Assembly (NCBI GenBank): GCA_028282785.1
Contig: JANQHE010000024.1
Coordinates: 73,612 to 137,611, forward strand
Reading direction: 5' to 3'
DNA: 64,000 bases
From: Bacteroidales bacterium
Lineage (GTDB): Bacteria > Bacteroidota > Bacteroidia > Bacteroidales > UBA12077
Shown here: positions 1-10,842 of the stretch, one piece after another
Layout of the letters: each line of letters starts with the position of its first letter
Position numbering within the stretch: the first letter of the stretch is position 1
Position numbers and translations under genes: made by a program
The notes under the pieces: generated by a model
The model's input: only the letters and a program-made list of their open reading frames with translations
Database searches by the model: none
What the model was told of the DNA's origin: nothing

Positions 1-1051
1 AGTAGATGCCAATATGAACACTCTTTCTTATGAACTAAAGGTTCATCTTCCTTCAGATGAAAAATCGGAGTACATTATAGGAATACAGGGTGAAGACAGA
101 AAAAACGTTAATCATGACGCCCCTGTGCAAGTAATTCCCGATGCAACTGTTAATGGATTTTCTTTATTTGCTTTTGCGCAACGGACAATTTTTGGGTGTT
201 TAAAAACACAGGGAGGAATTCGTTATGATCGTAGGATATTAAAAACAACAACAAGAGATAATAATGAGGAAATTAATAAAAAATATGGAAATATAAGTGC
301 CTCTTTTGGTACAACTTACACTTTAAATGAAAATATTCTGTTTAAAGTAAACTTAGCTTCTGCATATCGCACACCGAATATAGCTGAGTTAACACAAGAC
401 GGTTGGCACGGAGTGCGCTATGAACAAGGTGATCCAAATCTAAAGGCTCAGAAGAATTATGAAATGGACTTTAGTTTTCAACTTAATAATCAATACTTAC
501 GAATTGACGCTTCCGGATTTTACAATTACGTACAAGATTATATTTATATGGCTCCTACAAGTGATACTTTATCAACAGGAGATAAAATATACAGGCATTC
601 CCAGAGTAATGCTGTTCTTTATGGGGGAGATGTTTCTTTAGATTACATTCCGACTGATTGGATTCAATATCAAATTACATATTCTTATTTAAGGGCAAAG
701 AAACAAGATGGAAGCTATCTACCGTTCATTCCTCCCGGTAATTTGATACTTAATACCAAAGTAAAAAAGAAACAGTGGCTTTTTATGCAAAATACCTACA
801 TGCTGTTGGGAGTTGAAATTGTTGAAAAGCAGAACAGACCGGCAATGTTTGAGACAAAGACGGATGGATATTGTTTGTTTAATATTGGATTTGGTACAGA
901 AATACAGTTAGCAAGACAAGAAATTAATCTTGGCATATTCGTAAATAACTTGTTTAACGAAAATTATTATGACCATTTATCCACCTTAAAAGAATTAGGT
1001 TTTTATAATCCCGGAAGAAACTTAAGCGTCTTAGTTAGTATCCCTTTCTAA
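1..1051 (+). CDS. TonB-dependent receptor, C-terminal beta-barrel part (5' end outside window)
   Basis: Reading frame of ORF 14..1051 stays open to the window edge. Alternating beta-strand pattern, ASAYRTPNIAEL motif, and a C-terminal GRNLSVLVSIPF ending in an aromatic residue, as in TonB-dependent outer-membrane barrels. Confidence 0.75.
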   Translation, partial: VDANMNTLSYELKVHLPSDEKSEYIIGIQGEDRKNVNHDAPVQVIPDATVNGFSLFAFAQRTIFGCLKTQGGIRYDRRILKTTTRDNNEEINKKYGNISASFGTTYTLNENILFKVNLASAYRTPNIAELTQDGWHGVRYEQGDPNLKAQKNYEMDFSFQLNNQYLRIDASGFYNYVQDYIYMAPTSDTLSTGDKIYRHSQSNAVLYGGDVSLDYIPTDWIQYQITYSYLRAKKQDGSYLPFIPPGNLILNTKVKKKQWLFMQNTYMLLGVEIVEKQNRPAMFETKTDGYCLFNIGFGTEIQLARQEINLGIFVNNLFNENYYDHLSTLKELGFYNPGRNLSVLVSIPF

Positions 1052-1187
1052 ATGATATCTTTTAATAATAGATTAAAATTTGAAAACTAGTATTTAACGA
1101 AATTTATTTAGAATGATTAAAAATAAGTTGGATAATTAAAATATTAAAAATATATTTGCGTGCGCATACAATTTAAATTTACTGAAT

Positions 1188-1607
1188 ATGTTGAATACAA
1201 AATGTAGAACAAATTGTTTCTGGGAATTCCCTTTATGTAAGCTATATAGAAATGTAGGCTTTCATGCAAAAATTATGGGATTAACACAATTGCAAGCTAA
1301 TATACTTTTGAGTATCTATAAAAATCAACCGTTTAGTTTTGATGACTTCTCTAAGATAATAGAGCTTAATACGGATAGTTTGGGTGCTACAAAATACCTA
1401 TTTGGAGAACAATACATTACTATTAATGATAAATCTCAAAACATCATACAAGTGACCATAAAAGGAATAAATACATGCGAAAAAATTAATAGGCTATATA
1501 AGCAAAACAAAAATATTATGCAGGGCCACTTTACAAAAACTCAATTGGGAGAATTGAATAAATCATTTAAAATACTGGCATTTACTATTAAAAATCAAAA
1601 AGTATAA
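1188..1607 (+). CDS. MarR-like winged-helix transcriptional regulator (divergent)
   Basis: 139 aa. LTQLQANILLSIY...FSFDDFSKII...VTIKGINTCEKI follows the MarR pattern (helix-turn-helix plus wing). First gene of a co-directional operon. Confidence 0.5.
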   Translation: MLNTKCRTNCFWEFPLCKLYRNVGFHAKIMGLTQLQANILLSIYKNQPFSFDDFSKIIELNTDSLGATKYLFGEQYITINDKSQNIIQVTIKGINTCEKINRLYKQNKNIMQGHFTKTQLGELNKSFKILAFTIKNQKV

Positions 1608-1610
1608 ATC

Positions 1611-1955
1611 ATGGAAAAGAATTATAAAGAATTAAACGAGAGGATTAACTCTCTATTAGCAGAATTTGGTAAAGAAAATCAAGGTATAATGAAAGGCTTT
1701 ATGCAAATGCATAAAACCATGGATAACTCCGAAGCATTAAGCCCTAAAACAAAAGAGTTAATGGCTATTGCTATTTCTGTAGTAAAACAATGCGAGGGGT
1801 GCATTGCCTACCATATAAACAGGGCATTAAAATGTGGAGCTACCCGTTCCGAAATAACGGAAACAATTGGAGTATCTGTTTTTATGGGAGGAGGGCCTTC
1901 TTTGGTTTATGCCTCAATTGCTTTGAAAGCTTTGGGTGATTTTGAAAATGAATAA
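1611..1955 (+). CDS. carboxymuconolactone decarboxylase (AhpD-like) family protein
   Basis: 114 aa with the CMD-family CxxC motif (QCEGCIAYH). Starts 4 nt after the previous stop. Confidence 0.8.
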   Translation: MEKNYKELNERINSLLAEFGKENQGIMKGFMQMHKTMDNSEALSPKTKELMAIAISVVKQCEGCIAYHINRALKCGATRSEITETIGVSVFMGGGPSLVYASIALKALGDFENE

Positions 1956-2000
1956 GTTTTATTCGGCTAAAAGAATAAAGTTTATAAAATAGAATTTAAT

Positions 2001-5000
2001 ATGAAAACTTATAGTTTGGGAATAGATGTCGGGTATTCTTCAATAAAAGTAGTTTTAATAAATAATCTGGATGAAATAGAATACGATAATTATGTATTAC
2101 ACAAAAGTAAGATAAAGAAAACATTAGAAAGTATCCTACTTGATATATCCGGGAAATTCAAACTTTCATCAATAGTAACCGGAGCGATTACCGGTTCTGT
2201 TGGGAAACAGCTTTCAAATAAGTTATCAATAAAAAAGGTATATGAAGTTATCTCAATTATTGAAGGTTGCCGGTATTTAAATATAGAAGCAAAATCCATA
2301 ATAGAGATAGGAGGGCAAAGTGCAAGGTATATTACAGGTTTTAACAGTAGTAAAAAAAATGCTTTGAAAATATCCTCAAATAATGATTGTGCAGCAGGAA
2401 CCGGATCTTTTATAGAAGAACAGGTATCCAGGTTAAATATAAAGATTGAGGAATTTGCTTCATATGCTCAAAAAGCTTCCACTATACCACGTATAGCTGG
2501 CAGGTGCAGTGTTTTTGCAAAAACAGATATTATTCATCATCAGCAAGAAGGAGTGTCTTTTCAGGATATATTGAAAGGACTATCCTATGCAATAGTAAAA
2601 AACTACAAAAATGCTGTTATTAAAAGGTCACCTGTTGAAAATCCAATATTATTTATAGGTGGAGTGGCTCATAACCAGGCAATAGCTGATGCACTTAGGG
2701 ATGTGTTGGATAAAAGTGAAAAAGAACTTATCATCCCTGAATATTTTAGTCATGCTGCGGCTATTGGCACAGCTTTAATTGCTAAAAGAGAAAAGCATAA
2801 GCTCGTGTTCCATAGTATGGTTAGTGATTTCCTGTTTTTAGATGAGGTAGGTTCTCAGCAAATCAACGAAGAAACCTTACCGGCCCTGCGTTCTGTTGGA
2901 AATGATACCATTGAAAGCAAACATAGTTTACAAAATTCCTCCGGGAACATCACTGATGAAGGTTTCTTTCTAGGAATAGATATTGGTTCTACCAGCACTA
3001 ATTTGGTTTTAATAAATAAGGAAAAAGAAATTTCAAATTATAAGTATGTTAGAACCAGGGGAAATCCTTTAGAAGCAGTTTACGAAGGCTTCAAACAAAT
3101 TCAAACAGAGATAAATGGTAAAATCAACATTGTTGGAGTTGGTATAACCGGTTCGGGCCGCCATATGATCGGGAAGGTAATAGGCGCTGATGTAATTAAG
3201 GATGAAATTACAGCACAAGCCAAAGCAGCTGTTAAGTTTGTTCCGGATGTAGATACAATATTTGAAATTGGGGGCCAGGATTCGAAATATATAAGTATTA
3301 CCAATGGAGCCATTACAGATTTTCAAATGAATAAAATCTGTGCGGCCGGAACAGGTTCTTTTCTGGAAGAACAAGCAAAAAAGTTCAATATTCCACTGAA
3401 TAAACTTGGAGAACTAGCTCTAAAAGGCCGACATCCTGTTAATCTGGGGGAAAGATGTACCGTTTTCATCGAATCCAGTGTTGCATCAAGTCTCTCGAAC
3501 GGCAAAAAAACAGAGGATATAGTTTCGGGATTATGTTATTCTATTGCAAAAAATTATTTGCACAGGGTAGTTGGGCAAAAAAAGATTGGAAAAAAAATAT
3601 TACTGCAAGGAGGAATAGCCTATAATCAGGGAGTTGTTAATGCAATGCGAATATTAACAAAAAAGGATATAACCATCACCCCGTATTTTAGTGTTACAGG
3701 AGCCTATGGAGCAGCTTTAATTGCACACGAAGAAATAAAAGAAGGAAAAACAAAGTTTGTAGGATTTGAAAATCTAAACCAACTAACTCTTTCTGTTGAA
3801 AAACAAAGTCATAAAAACAAAAAATCCAATCTTGATAAATACAACAAAAAAATAGAAGAAATAATATTTGAGGACTATGCTAACTCAATTGATCAAAATA
3901 AAAAGACCGTAGGTATTCCCAGGGCGTTGTTTACTTATGGTATGTTTCCAATGTTCAATGCAATATTTAAGAGCCTGGGATTTAATGTTTTGTTGTCTGA
4001 GTGGAGTGATGAAAATACGATCAAACTCGCTCAGGAATTTGCTCTTGAAGAAACTTGTTTCCCGGTAAAATTAATTCTGGGGCATGTTGCTGAACTGGCC
4101 TCCAAAGGTGTTGATTATATCTTTTTCCCTGATCTGTATACAGGAAATCACTCGGGTTGTAAATCAAGACAAAGCTATGGTTGTGCATATATGCAATTAG
4201 CATATAAAATAATAAACCAAGCAATGGAATTAGAAAAAAAAGGGATTAAGATAATTGCTCCAACCATAGCATTTAGTCTTGGTAAGAAATTTATGGATAA
4301 ATCTTTTTTCTCAATAGGAGAAACTCTTGGTAAAAGTAAAGATGCAACTGAGTTAGCAATTAAAAAAGGTTTTGAAGCAGCACAACGCTATATGCAAACA
4401 ATTGAACTAAATGGTAAAAAAACAATTAAAGAACTTGATCAGAATAAAATAACTTTTGTGATCATATCTAAAATTTACGGTGTTTCCGACCCCGTACTAA
4501 ATTTGGGGATTCCCTCCAAATTAATGGATATGGGGTATCAAGTTGTACCATTTTTTGATTTACCCAAAGGTGCAAATGTTTCAAAAGAGCATCCAAATAT
4601 GTATTGGCCATTTGGACAACAAATACTTGAACCGGCATATTTAGTAAGAGAGCATCCTAATATTTACGCTATTCTGTTAACTCATCATGGTTGTGGCCCC
4701 GACTCCGTACTGATACACTATTTTAAAGAAATAATGGGTAATAAACCATATCTCAACATTGAGATAGATGAGCATGCATCGCAGATTGGTGTTAATACTA
4801 GAATTGAAGCATTTGTAAATAGCCTGAAAAGTAGTAAACAAAATACGCCAAGGGAATTAAAGACCTATTTGAAAAATATCAGCTATAATAATTTAAACAT
4901 TAAGAATAATTTAACGGACCTAAATCCGGAAACTAAGATTTACATCCCTAATGTTTATCCCTATTCGGATTTATTTAAAGAAGTTTTGATCCAAAAAGGT

Positions 5001-6005
5001 TTTGATACGGAAGTTCTTACAACAAATAGTCATACAATTGAGTTAGGGCGAAAGCATACAATAAACAATGAATATTACTCTCTGACTTCATTACTTGGAG
5101 ATTGCTTTAGTATAATTGATGGTAGTTATGACGATCAGAATATTTCATTTTTTATACCTCAGACAGAAGGAGCAGAAGTAGAAGGACAATACAACAGAAT
5201 ATTAAGGACAAAGTTAGATGAGAACAAACATAACAAAATTAATATTATCGCTCCCTATTTAGAGGATCTCATTAAAATAGAATTAAGTGAACTAAAACTT
5301 ATTTTTTACTGCATATTGTCCGGAGATATTATAAGAACTGCAAATCAGAAAGACAGGAATAAATACCTCTTACAGATTAAAAAACTGATTCGGAACAGAA
5401 ATCTGGATATCCTAAATCTCAAAGAAATTGCAAGAGATGTTTATAAAAGCGTAAGGAAAAAATCATATGCAAAGAGAATTTTAGCTATTGGTGAACCGAT
5501 GGTGTTATTTAATGATTTTTTAAATGATAATACATTTAAAACCATTGAAGAACAAAGTAACAAGGTTATTTATTCTTCCTTTTCAGAAACAATATGGGTT
5601 TTTTGGAAGGACCACATTACTACAAATAAAAAACTCGGTTCAGTTGCATTCAAAAATAGATTATTGTATTTGAAAGAGGATATGGAACAAATTTCTAAAC
5701 AATTAAAAGAAGAAAGTCCATTTACTCCAAATATAGATGATCTCATAAAAAAAGCAAATAAAACCATTGGATATTACGCCGGAGGTTTTGCACGTTACAG
5801 ACAAGCTAAGGCTCTGTGCAACTCTATAAAAATCGATGGAATTATTACAGCATCATCCCTTTATGAAAACACTGGAATTTCTCTGAATATTTTGCATAAA
5901 GGTTTTTCAACAGAGAATTCAAAACCGTTACTTAACCTGACTTTTGACGGGAATAGCAATGAAAATAATAAAAGTAAAATAGAGTCATTCATGTATTATC
6001 TATAA
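2001..6005 (+). CDS. BadF/BadG/BcrA/BcrD-type double ATPase (2-hydroxyacyl-CoA dehydratase activase-like) fused to a large C-terminal dehydratase-related domain
   Basis: 1334 aa. Two tandem ASKHA ATPase modules start at GIDVGYSSIKV and GIDIGSTSTNL. Each carries the cluster-ligand motifs DCAAGTGSF/RCSVFA and KICAAGTGSF/RCTVFI, followed by GG(V/I)A.NQ. About 700 aa of C-terminal extension. Confidence 0.8.
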   Translation: MKTYSLGIDVGYSSIKVVLINNLDEIEYDNYVLHKSKIKKTLESILLDISGKFKLSSIVTGAITGSVGKQLSNKLSIKKVYEVISIIEGCRYLNIEAKSIIEIGGQSARYITGFNSSKKNALKISSNNDCAAGTGSFIEEQVSRLNIKIEEFASYAQKASTIPRIAGRCSVFAKTDIIHHQQEGVSFQDILKGLSYAIVKNYKNAVIKRSPVENPILFIGGVAHNQAIADALRDVLDKSEKELIIPEYFSHAAAIGTALIAKREKHKLVFHSMVSDFLFLDEVGSQQINEETLPALRSVGNDTIESKHSLQNSSGNITDEGFFLGIDIGSTSTNLVLINKEKEISNYKYVRTRGNPLEAVYEGFKQIQTEINGKINIVGVGITGSGRHMIGKVIGADVIKDEITAQAKAAVKFVPDVDTIFEIGGQDSKYISITNGAITDFQMNKICAAGTGSFLEEQAKKFNIPLNKLGELALKGRHPVNLGERCTVFIESSVASSLSNGKKTEDIVSGLCYSIAKNYLHRVVGQKKIGKKILLQGGIAYNQGVVNAMRILTKKDITITPYFSVTGAYGAALIAHEEIKEGKTKFVGFENLNQLTLSVEKQSHKNKKSNLDKYNKKIEEIIFEDYANSIDQNKKTVGIPRALFTYGMFPMFNAIFKSLGFNVLLSEWSDENTIKLAQEFALEETCFPVKLILGHVAELASKGVDYIFFPDLYTGNHSGCKSRQSYGCAYMQLAYKIINQAMELEKKGIKIIAPTIAFSLGKKFMDKSFFSIGETLGKSKDATELAIKKGFEAAQRYMQTIELNGKKTIKELDQNKITFVIISKIYGVSDPVLNLGIPSKLMDMGYQVVPFFDLPKGANVSKEHPNMYWPFGQQILEPAYLVREHPNIYAILLTHHGCGPDSVLIHYFKEIMGNKPYLNIEIDEHASQIGVNTRIEAFVNSLKSSKQNTPRELKTYLKNISYNNLNIKNNLTDLNPETKIYIPNVYPYSDLFKEVLIQKGFDTEVLTTNSHTIELGRKHTINNEYYSLTSLLGDCFSIIDGSYDDQNISFFIPQTEGAEVEGQYNRILRTKLDENKHNKINIIAPYLEDLIKIELSELKLIFYCILSGDIIRTANQKDRNKYLLQIKKLIRNRNLDILNLKEIARDVYKSVRKKSYAKRILAIGEPMVLFNDFLNDNTFKTIEEQSNKVIYSSFSETIWVFWKDHITTNKKLGSVAFKNRLLYLKEDMEQISKQLKEESPFTPNIDDLIKKANKTIGYYAGGFARYRQAKALCNSIKIDGIITASSLYENTGISLNILHKGFSTENSKPLLNLTFDGNSNENNKSKIESFMYYL

Positions 6006-6033
6006 AAGCGGTAATTGGTTTAAAAAATAAATA

Positions 6034-6543
6034 ATGAAAAAAGGAAATAAAATGTTAACAACCACAATATTAATGGGCATCATAGCCCTAATCCTTACCA
6101 TATACTCATACGTTAAAGGGACTTATATTACCGGTTTAAATAATGCTTTTAAAACTATGCTAAGTATTTTACCGATATTGATCCTGGCATTTATAATTAT
6201 CGGGATGTTGCATAGCCTTGATATGGCAAATAATGTAAAAGCAATATTAGAAAATCAAACCGGAATAAAAGGAATCAGCATTGCAACATTAGGAGGTATG
6301 TTAACACCCGGGGGCCCATTTGTTGCCCTTCCGTTAGCAGCCATATTATTGAAATCAGGTGCAGGTATCGGTCATGTGGTTGCTTATACAACAGCTTGGT
6401 CAACCTGGGAGATAATGCGAACACCATTTGAACTAAGCTTTTTAGGATGGAAATATGTTTTAGTAAAATGGAGCTGCATCTTTATTCTACCCATTATAAG
6501 CGGATTAACTGCTCAATTATTATTCTCATGGATTAAATTTTAA
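6034..6543 (+). CDS. small polytopic membrane protein, half-size permease-like
   Basis: 169 aa with 4-5 hydrophobic segments. GGMLTPGGPFVALPLAAILLKSGAG resembles permeases of the COG0701/ArsP-like type, but this is a weak recollection. Confidence 0.45.
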   Translation: MKKGNKMLTTTILMGIIALILTIYSYVKGTYITGLNNAFKTMLSILPILILAFIIIGMLHSLDMANNVKAILENQTGIKGISIATLGGMLTPGGPFVALPLAAILLKSGAGIGHVVAYTTAWSTWEIMRTPFELSFLGWKYVLVKWSCIFILPIISGLTAQLLFSWIKF

Positions 6544-6554
6544 AACGATCAACT

Positions 6555-8339
6555 ATGTTTAAAAATAAGTCATTAAACTTTTTAATAGATATTTCAAAAA
6601 AAGGAAAATATCGTTTGGTTATATCAGGCATACTTATCTTTTTTAGTTCTATTTGTGCACTTGGGCCCTATTATATTACCTACTTAATTATCGATAAAAT
6701 AATACACCCTCCGTTTATCATGCACGACCTGTTGATACTTGGCGCTATTGCTGCCACGTTTATTGTCGGGCAGATGATCTTTTCAGGTATTGCAATGACC
6801 CAATCTCATATAGCTGCATATAATATTTTATTCGACTTACGTGTAGCTGTTGCTAATAAGTTAACAAAATTACCACTAGGTTATTACTCCGATACCAGTT
6901 CAGGGAAAATCAAAAAAATTATGATGGGGAATATTGAAGCAATTGAAGAATTTATAGCCCATAATTTAGTTGATTTAATTTCGGTTATTTTTCTTCCGGT
7001 TATCATTTTTTCATGGTTAGCTTCTCTAAATCTTACATTGGCGTTTTTAAGTATTTTCCCTGTTTTTCTTGGTGTAGCATTACAACGATTCAGGATGAAA
7101 ATAGAGGCAGGTAATATCCGCAAATTTTTCAAAATAAAATCAGATATGAACACTACAATTATTGATTTTATAAAAGGAATGCCTGTAATTAAAGCATTTA
7201 ATTTGTCGGTTTTTTCTTTTAAAAAATACAAAGAAGAAGCTGACAGATATAGTCAGTACTGGATTAATATGAATAAAAATGCGGCAGCATTTTTTGCAAC
7301 GTATGCTCTTTTGATGGATTGCGGTGTATTGATATTATTGCCGGTGGGAGGTTATATGTACGCAGTTGGTAAAATCACACTTTCTGCTTTTTTAATGTTC
7401 ATGTTTATTGGAATAGGGCTCTCCCGTTTTATGAAACAGCTTACCAACTTTGGTTCAAACCTAACCCAGATTTTTAAAGGTGTTGATGAAATAAGGGAAA
7501 TTTTTAAAACAAAAGAAATTGTTAACAACGGAAAAGTTTCCAAACTGGAAAATTATGATGTGGAATTTAACCATGTTTCATTTTCTTATGGTGACCAGCT
7601 CGTACTCGATGATGTAAATTTTAAATTAAAACAGGGAACAATTACGGCATTGGTCGGACCGTCCGGAGCCGGAAAAACTACTATTGCCAGGTTAATACCG
7701 CGCTTTTGGGATGTCACAAAAGGAGAAATTACCATAGGAAATCATAACCTAAAATCGATTCAGGGCGATGAATTAATGAAGAATGTTGGTTTTGTGTTCC
7801 AGGATATTTTCATGTTCAATGATACTGTAATTGAGAACATCCGCATGGGAGACACATCTGTTTCAGAAGAAAAAGTAAAAGAAATTGCCAAACAGGCCCA
7901 GGCTGATGAATTTATTCAAGGATTAAAAGACGGATATCATACGGTTATCGGCCCTACAGGTGTTCATCTGAGTGGAGGAGAACAACAACGCATTGCCATC
8001 GCCCGGGCGTTGGTTAAAGATTCACCTGTTATTGTGTTAGATGAGGCAACCAGTTATGCAGATACAGAAAATGAAGATAAAATTCAAAAAGCACTGAATG
8101 CACTTCTAAAAAACAAAACCGTAATAGTAATTGCGCACAGGCTCTCTACCATTCAAAATGCCAATCAGATACTCTATATCGAAAAAGGAAAAATCAGGGA
8201 ACAAGGTAACCACAAACAATTAATCAATGAGAACGGTAGGTACAAGCAAATGTGGGATCTGCATATGGATGCAGCTCAGTGGGGGATTAAACAAACCGGG
8301 GGATCATTGACAAACAGAAAGGAGGAAGTAACATGTTAG
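6555..8339 (+). CDS. ABC transporter permease/ATP-binding protein (exporter half-transporter)
   Basis: N-terminal 6-TM domain. Walker A GPSGAGKTT, signature LSGGEQQR, Walker B VIVLDEATS, H-loop IAHRLST. Confidence 0.9.
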   Translation: MFKNKSLNFLIDISKKGKYRLVISGILIFFSSICALGPYYITYLIIDKIIHPPFIMHDLLILGAIAATFIVGQMIFSGIAMTQSHIAAYNILFDLRVAVANKLTKLPLGYYSDTSSGKIKKIMMGNIEAIEEFIAHNLVDLISVIFLPVIIFSWLASLNLTLAFLSIFPVFLGVALQRFRMKIEAGNIRKFFKIKSDMNTTIIDFIKGMPVIKAFNLSVFSFKKYKEEADRYSQYWINMNKNAAAFFATYALLMDCGVLILLPVGGYMYAVGKITLSAFLMFMFIGIGLSRFMKQLTNFGSNLTQIFKGVDEIREIFKTKEIVNNGKVSKLENYDVEFNHVSFSYGDQLVLDDVNFKLKQGTITALVGPSGAGKTTIARLIPRFWDVTKGEITIGNHNLKSIQGDELMKNVGFVFQDIFMFNDTVIENIRMGDTSVSEEKVKEIAKQAQADEFIQGLKDGYHTVIGPTGVHLSGGEQQRIAIARALVKDSPVIVLDEATSYADTENEDKIQKALNALLKNKTVIVIAHRLSTIQNANQILYIEKGKIREQGNHKQLINENGRYKQMWDLHMDAAQWGIKQTGGSLTNRKEEVTC

Positions 8340-10060
8340 AAGTTATAAAACTAATAGCAGGGAAATATCGTAGCCGTATGGTGAGGGTTACCCTTATATC
8401 GGTTTCAGAAGCTATTTTTGGGGCTGTGCCATTTGTCGTATTGTATTTTCTTTTATGCAACGTTATCGACAATACATTTACCGTACAAAAACTTTGGACC
8501 TATATATATATTATAGCAGGTAGCGCTATTTTTCGAATGTTGTTTTCATACCTGAGTGTTACCCGTTCGCGTGCAGATGGAACAAATATGGTTAAAGACT
8601 TAAGGTTAAGGTTGGGCGAACATATCCGAAAACTTCCTTTAGGTTTTTTTTCCAGCCACGATACCGGTGAATTGTCAAATAAAACACTGGATAATGTTAA
8701 TAAAGTGGAACAAATCATTACCATGCTTTTACCCGAGTTTATTTCAACACTTGTGCTGAGCATGTTAGTAGCTACAGGTTTGTTTTATATCGACTATCGA
8801 ATGGCAATTGCAACCATTATAACCATGCCGGTTGCTTTGAGCCTGCTTATTTGGGCAAAAAAAATAATGCATGTAAGAGGAAAAGCGTTGTATCAATCTT
8901 CATCGGATTTAGCAAATGGTATTATCGAATTTGTTAGTGGTATCAAGTTTATCAAATCTTTTAATAATTCTCAGAAGAAATTTGATGACCTGGTTGAAAA
9001 AATGGACGATTTCAAAAAGCGAAGCTTGAAAGTTGAAGGCACTTTAAGTCCTGTTATGACATTGTCTGGTATCTCAATTGATTTTGGATTGGTCATGTTG
9101 ATATTGATGGGCTCATATTTTATTGTTGGTGGCAGCCTGAGTGGAAAGACATTCATCATTTTTATTATAATCAGTTCCCGTTTTTTTGAGAATCTTAAAA
9201 CCATATCGATCAATTATGTGAAGATTAGATACCTGTTAATTGCCGGTCAATCCATTCAAAATTTATTCAATGAAAAACAACTTTCAGGAAAGAAATCTGA
9301 CTTGGATTTAAAAAAGCAAAATATTGTTTTCAACAACGTTTCGTTTGGATATAATGGAACAAAAGTATTAAAGGAGATTAACGTTACTATTCCTCACAAT
9401 TCATTAACTGCATTGGTTGGCCCTTCCGGTTCAGGAAAATCTACAATGGCAAACCTTATAGCAAGGTTCTATGATGTGGACAATGGTGATATTTGTATTG
9501 GACCGTATAACCTTAAAAATGCAGAACCGGGAAGAATTCTTCAACAGGTAAGCATGGTATTTCAAAAAGTTATCCTTTTTAAAGATACCATATATAACAA
9601 TATTAAGGTAGGTAAAAATGATGCAACCGAACAAGAGGTGATAAATGCAGCCAAAAAAGCAAACTGTCATGATTTTATTTCAAAACTGCCGAATGCTTAT
9701 GAAACCATGGTTGACGAAAATGGAACAAACCTCTCAGGGGGAGAACAACTCAGGCTTTCAATTGCACGGGCGATGTTAAAAGATGCCCCTATTGTTCTAC
9801 TCGACGAAGCCACTTCTTCTCTCGACCCTGAAAATGAGTTTTTTATACAAGAGGCTATTTCAAACTTGCTGAAAAACAGAACAGTTGTAGTTATTGCTCA
9901 CCGCCTTAAAACCATTAAAAATGCAGATAAAATAATTGTTCTTAATGATGGCCGGATTTATGAAGAAGGAACCCATCGCGATTTATTGACAAAACAAGGT
10001 TTATATAGTAAAATGTGGCAAACCCAGGAAAGTACGGTTGGCTGGCAGCTTACAAACTAA
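8333..10060 (+). CDS. ABC transporter permease/ATP-binding protein (exporter half-transporter, partner of 6555..8339)
   Basis: Start overlaps the upstream stop by 7 nt. Walker A GPSGSGKST, signature LSGGEQLR, Walker B IVLLDEATS, IAHRLKT. Confidence 0.9.
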   Translation: MLEVIKLIAGKYRSRMVRVTLISVSEAIFGAVPFVVLYFLLCNVIDNTFTVQKLWTYIYIIAGSAIFRMLFSYLSVTRSRADGTNMVKDLRLRLGEHIRKLPLGFFSSHDTGELSNKTLDNVNKVEQIITMLLPEFISTLVLSMLVATGLFYIDYRMAIATIITMPVALSLLIWAKKIMHVRGKALYQSSSDLANGIIEFVSGIKFIKSFNNSQKKFDDLVEKMDDFKKRSLKVEGTLSPVMTLSGISIDFGLVMLILMGSYFIVGGSLSGKTFIIFIIISSRFFENLKTISINYVKIRYLLIAGQSIQNLFNEKQLSGKKSDLDLKKQNIVFNNVSFGYNGTKVLKEINVTIPHNSLTALVGPSGSGKSTMANLIARFYDVDNGDICIGPYNLKNAEPGRILQQVSMVFQKVILFKDTIYNNIKVGKNDATEQEVINAAKKANCHDFISKLPNAYETMVDENGTNLSGGEQLRLSIARAMLKDAPIVLLDEATSSLDPENEFFIQEAISNLLKNRTVVVIAHRLKTIKNADKIIVLNDGRIYEEGTHRDLLTKQGLYSKMWQTQESTVGWQLTN

Positions 10061-10072
10061 ATATTACTAATT

Positions 10073-10831
10073 ATGTTAAAAATTAATAATCTTCATGTAA
10101 ATATCGAAAATAAAGAGGTGTTGAAAGGAGTAAACCTGGAAATTCCTCACAATGAAGTACACTCCTTATTTGGGCCTAATGGATCAGGTAAAAGCGTTTT
10201 AATCTCTACAATTATGGGATATCCTGAATATGAAATTACCGGTGGTGAAATATTATTCAACGGGCAAAATATTAACCAACTAAGCATTGATGAAAGGGTT
10301 AAGCTTGGTATTGGGGTTTCCGAACAACGCCCTCCCACAATAAAAGGTGTAAAATTAAGAAACCTGATCGAATTACTGATGCCAGGGGAAATACAGGATG
10401 AAACATTCAGGAAGGGAATGTTAGAGCGATTTAATATGGATAAGTTTCTGGATCGAAACATAAATGATGGCCTTTCCGGTGGAGAAACAAAAAAGTCGGA
10501 ATTATTCCTTTTAATGTTGGCTAGGCCAGAGTTTCTTATTCTTGATGAACCAGATTCCGGAGTCGACCCTGAGCATCTTAAGAAAATAGGAGCAATGATA
10601 AATGAAACATTACAAAAAAAAATCCAGGGAAATGAGTTGTGTAATCCCTATGGAAGGAATTCAGGGTTGATAGCAACACATTCTGCTGTAATCTTGGAAT
10701 ATGTCCATACTGATAAGGCTCATATCATGCTTGATGGGAAAATACACTGTAGTGGAAATCCTGCAGTTATGATGGATCAAATAAAATCAAATGGCTATAG
10801 TTATTGTATTAATTGCCACCAAAATATATAG
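10073..10831 (+). CDS. sufC: SufC-like Fe-S assembly ATPase
   Basis: MLKINNLHV...EVHSLFGPNGSGKS...GYPEYEITGGEILFNG...LSGGETKKSE...LILDEPDSGVD follows SufC closely. The tail is atypical and contains CINCH. Confidence 0.75.
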   Translation: MLKINNLHVNIENKEVLKGVNLEIPHNEVHSLFGPNGSGKSVLISTIMGYPEYEITGGEILFNGQNINQLSIDERVKLGIGVSEQRPPTIKGVKLRNLIELLMPGEIQDETFRKGMLERFNMDKFLDRNINDGLSGGETKKSELFLLMLARPEFLILDEPDSGVDPEHLKKIGAMINETLQKKIQGNELCNPYGRNSGLIATHSAVILEYVHTDKAHIMLDGKIHCSGNPAVMMDQIKSNGYSYCINCHQNI

Positions 10832-10842
10832 GAGTACATGTT

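Noticed and set aside
10813-10842. TTG start at 10813 for the SufB/D-like gene (and similar upstream TTG/GTG starts at 14990, 21489, 21943, 31157, 37292, 39729, 48333, 54338, 63802)
   Set aside because: In each case an in-frame ATG a little downstream gives a better N-terminus (signal peptide, paralog alignment, or position after the upstream stop). The extensions overlap upstream genes or regulatory repeats.
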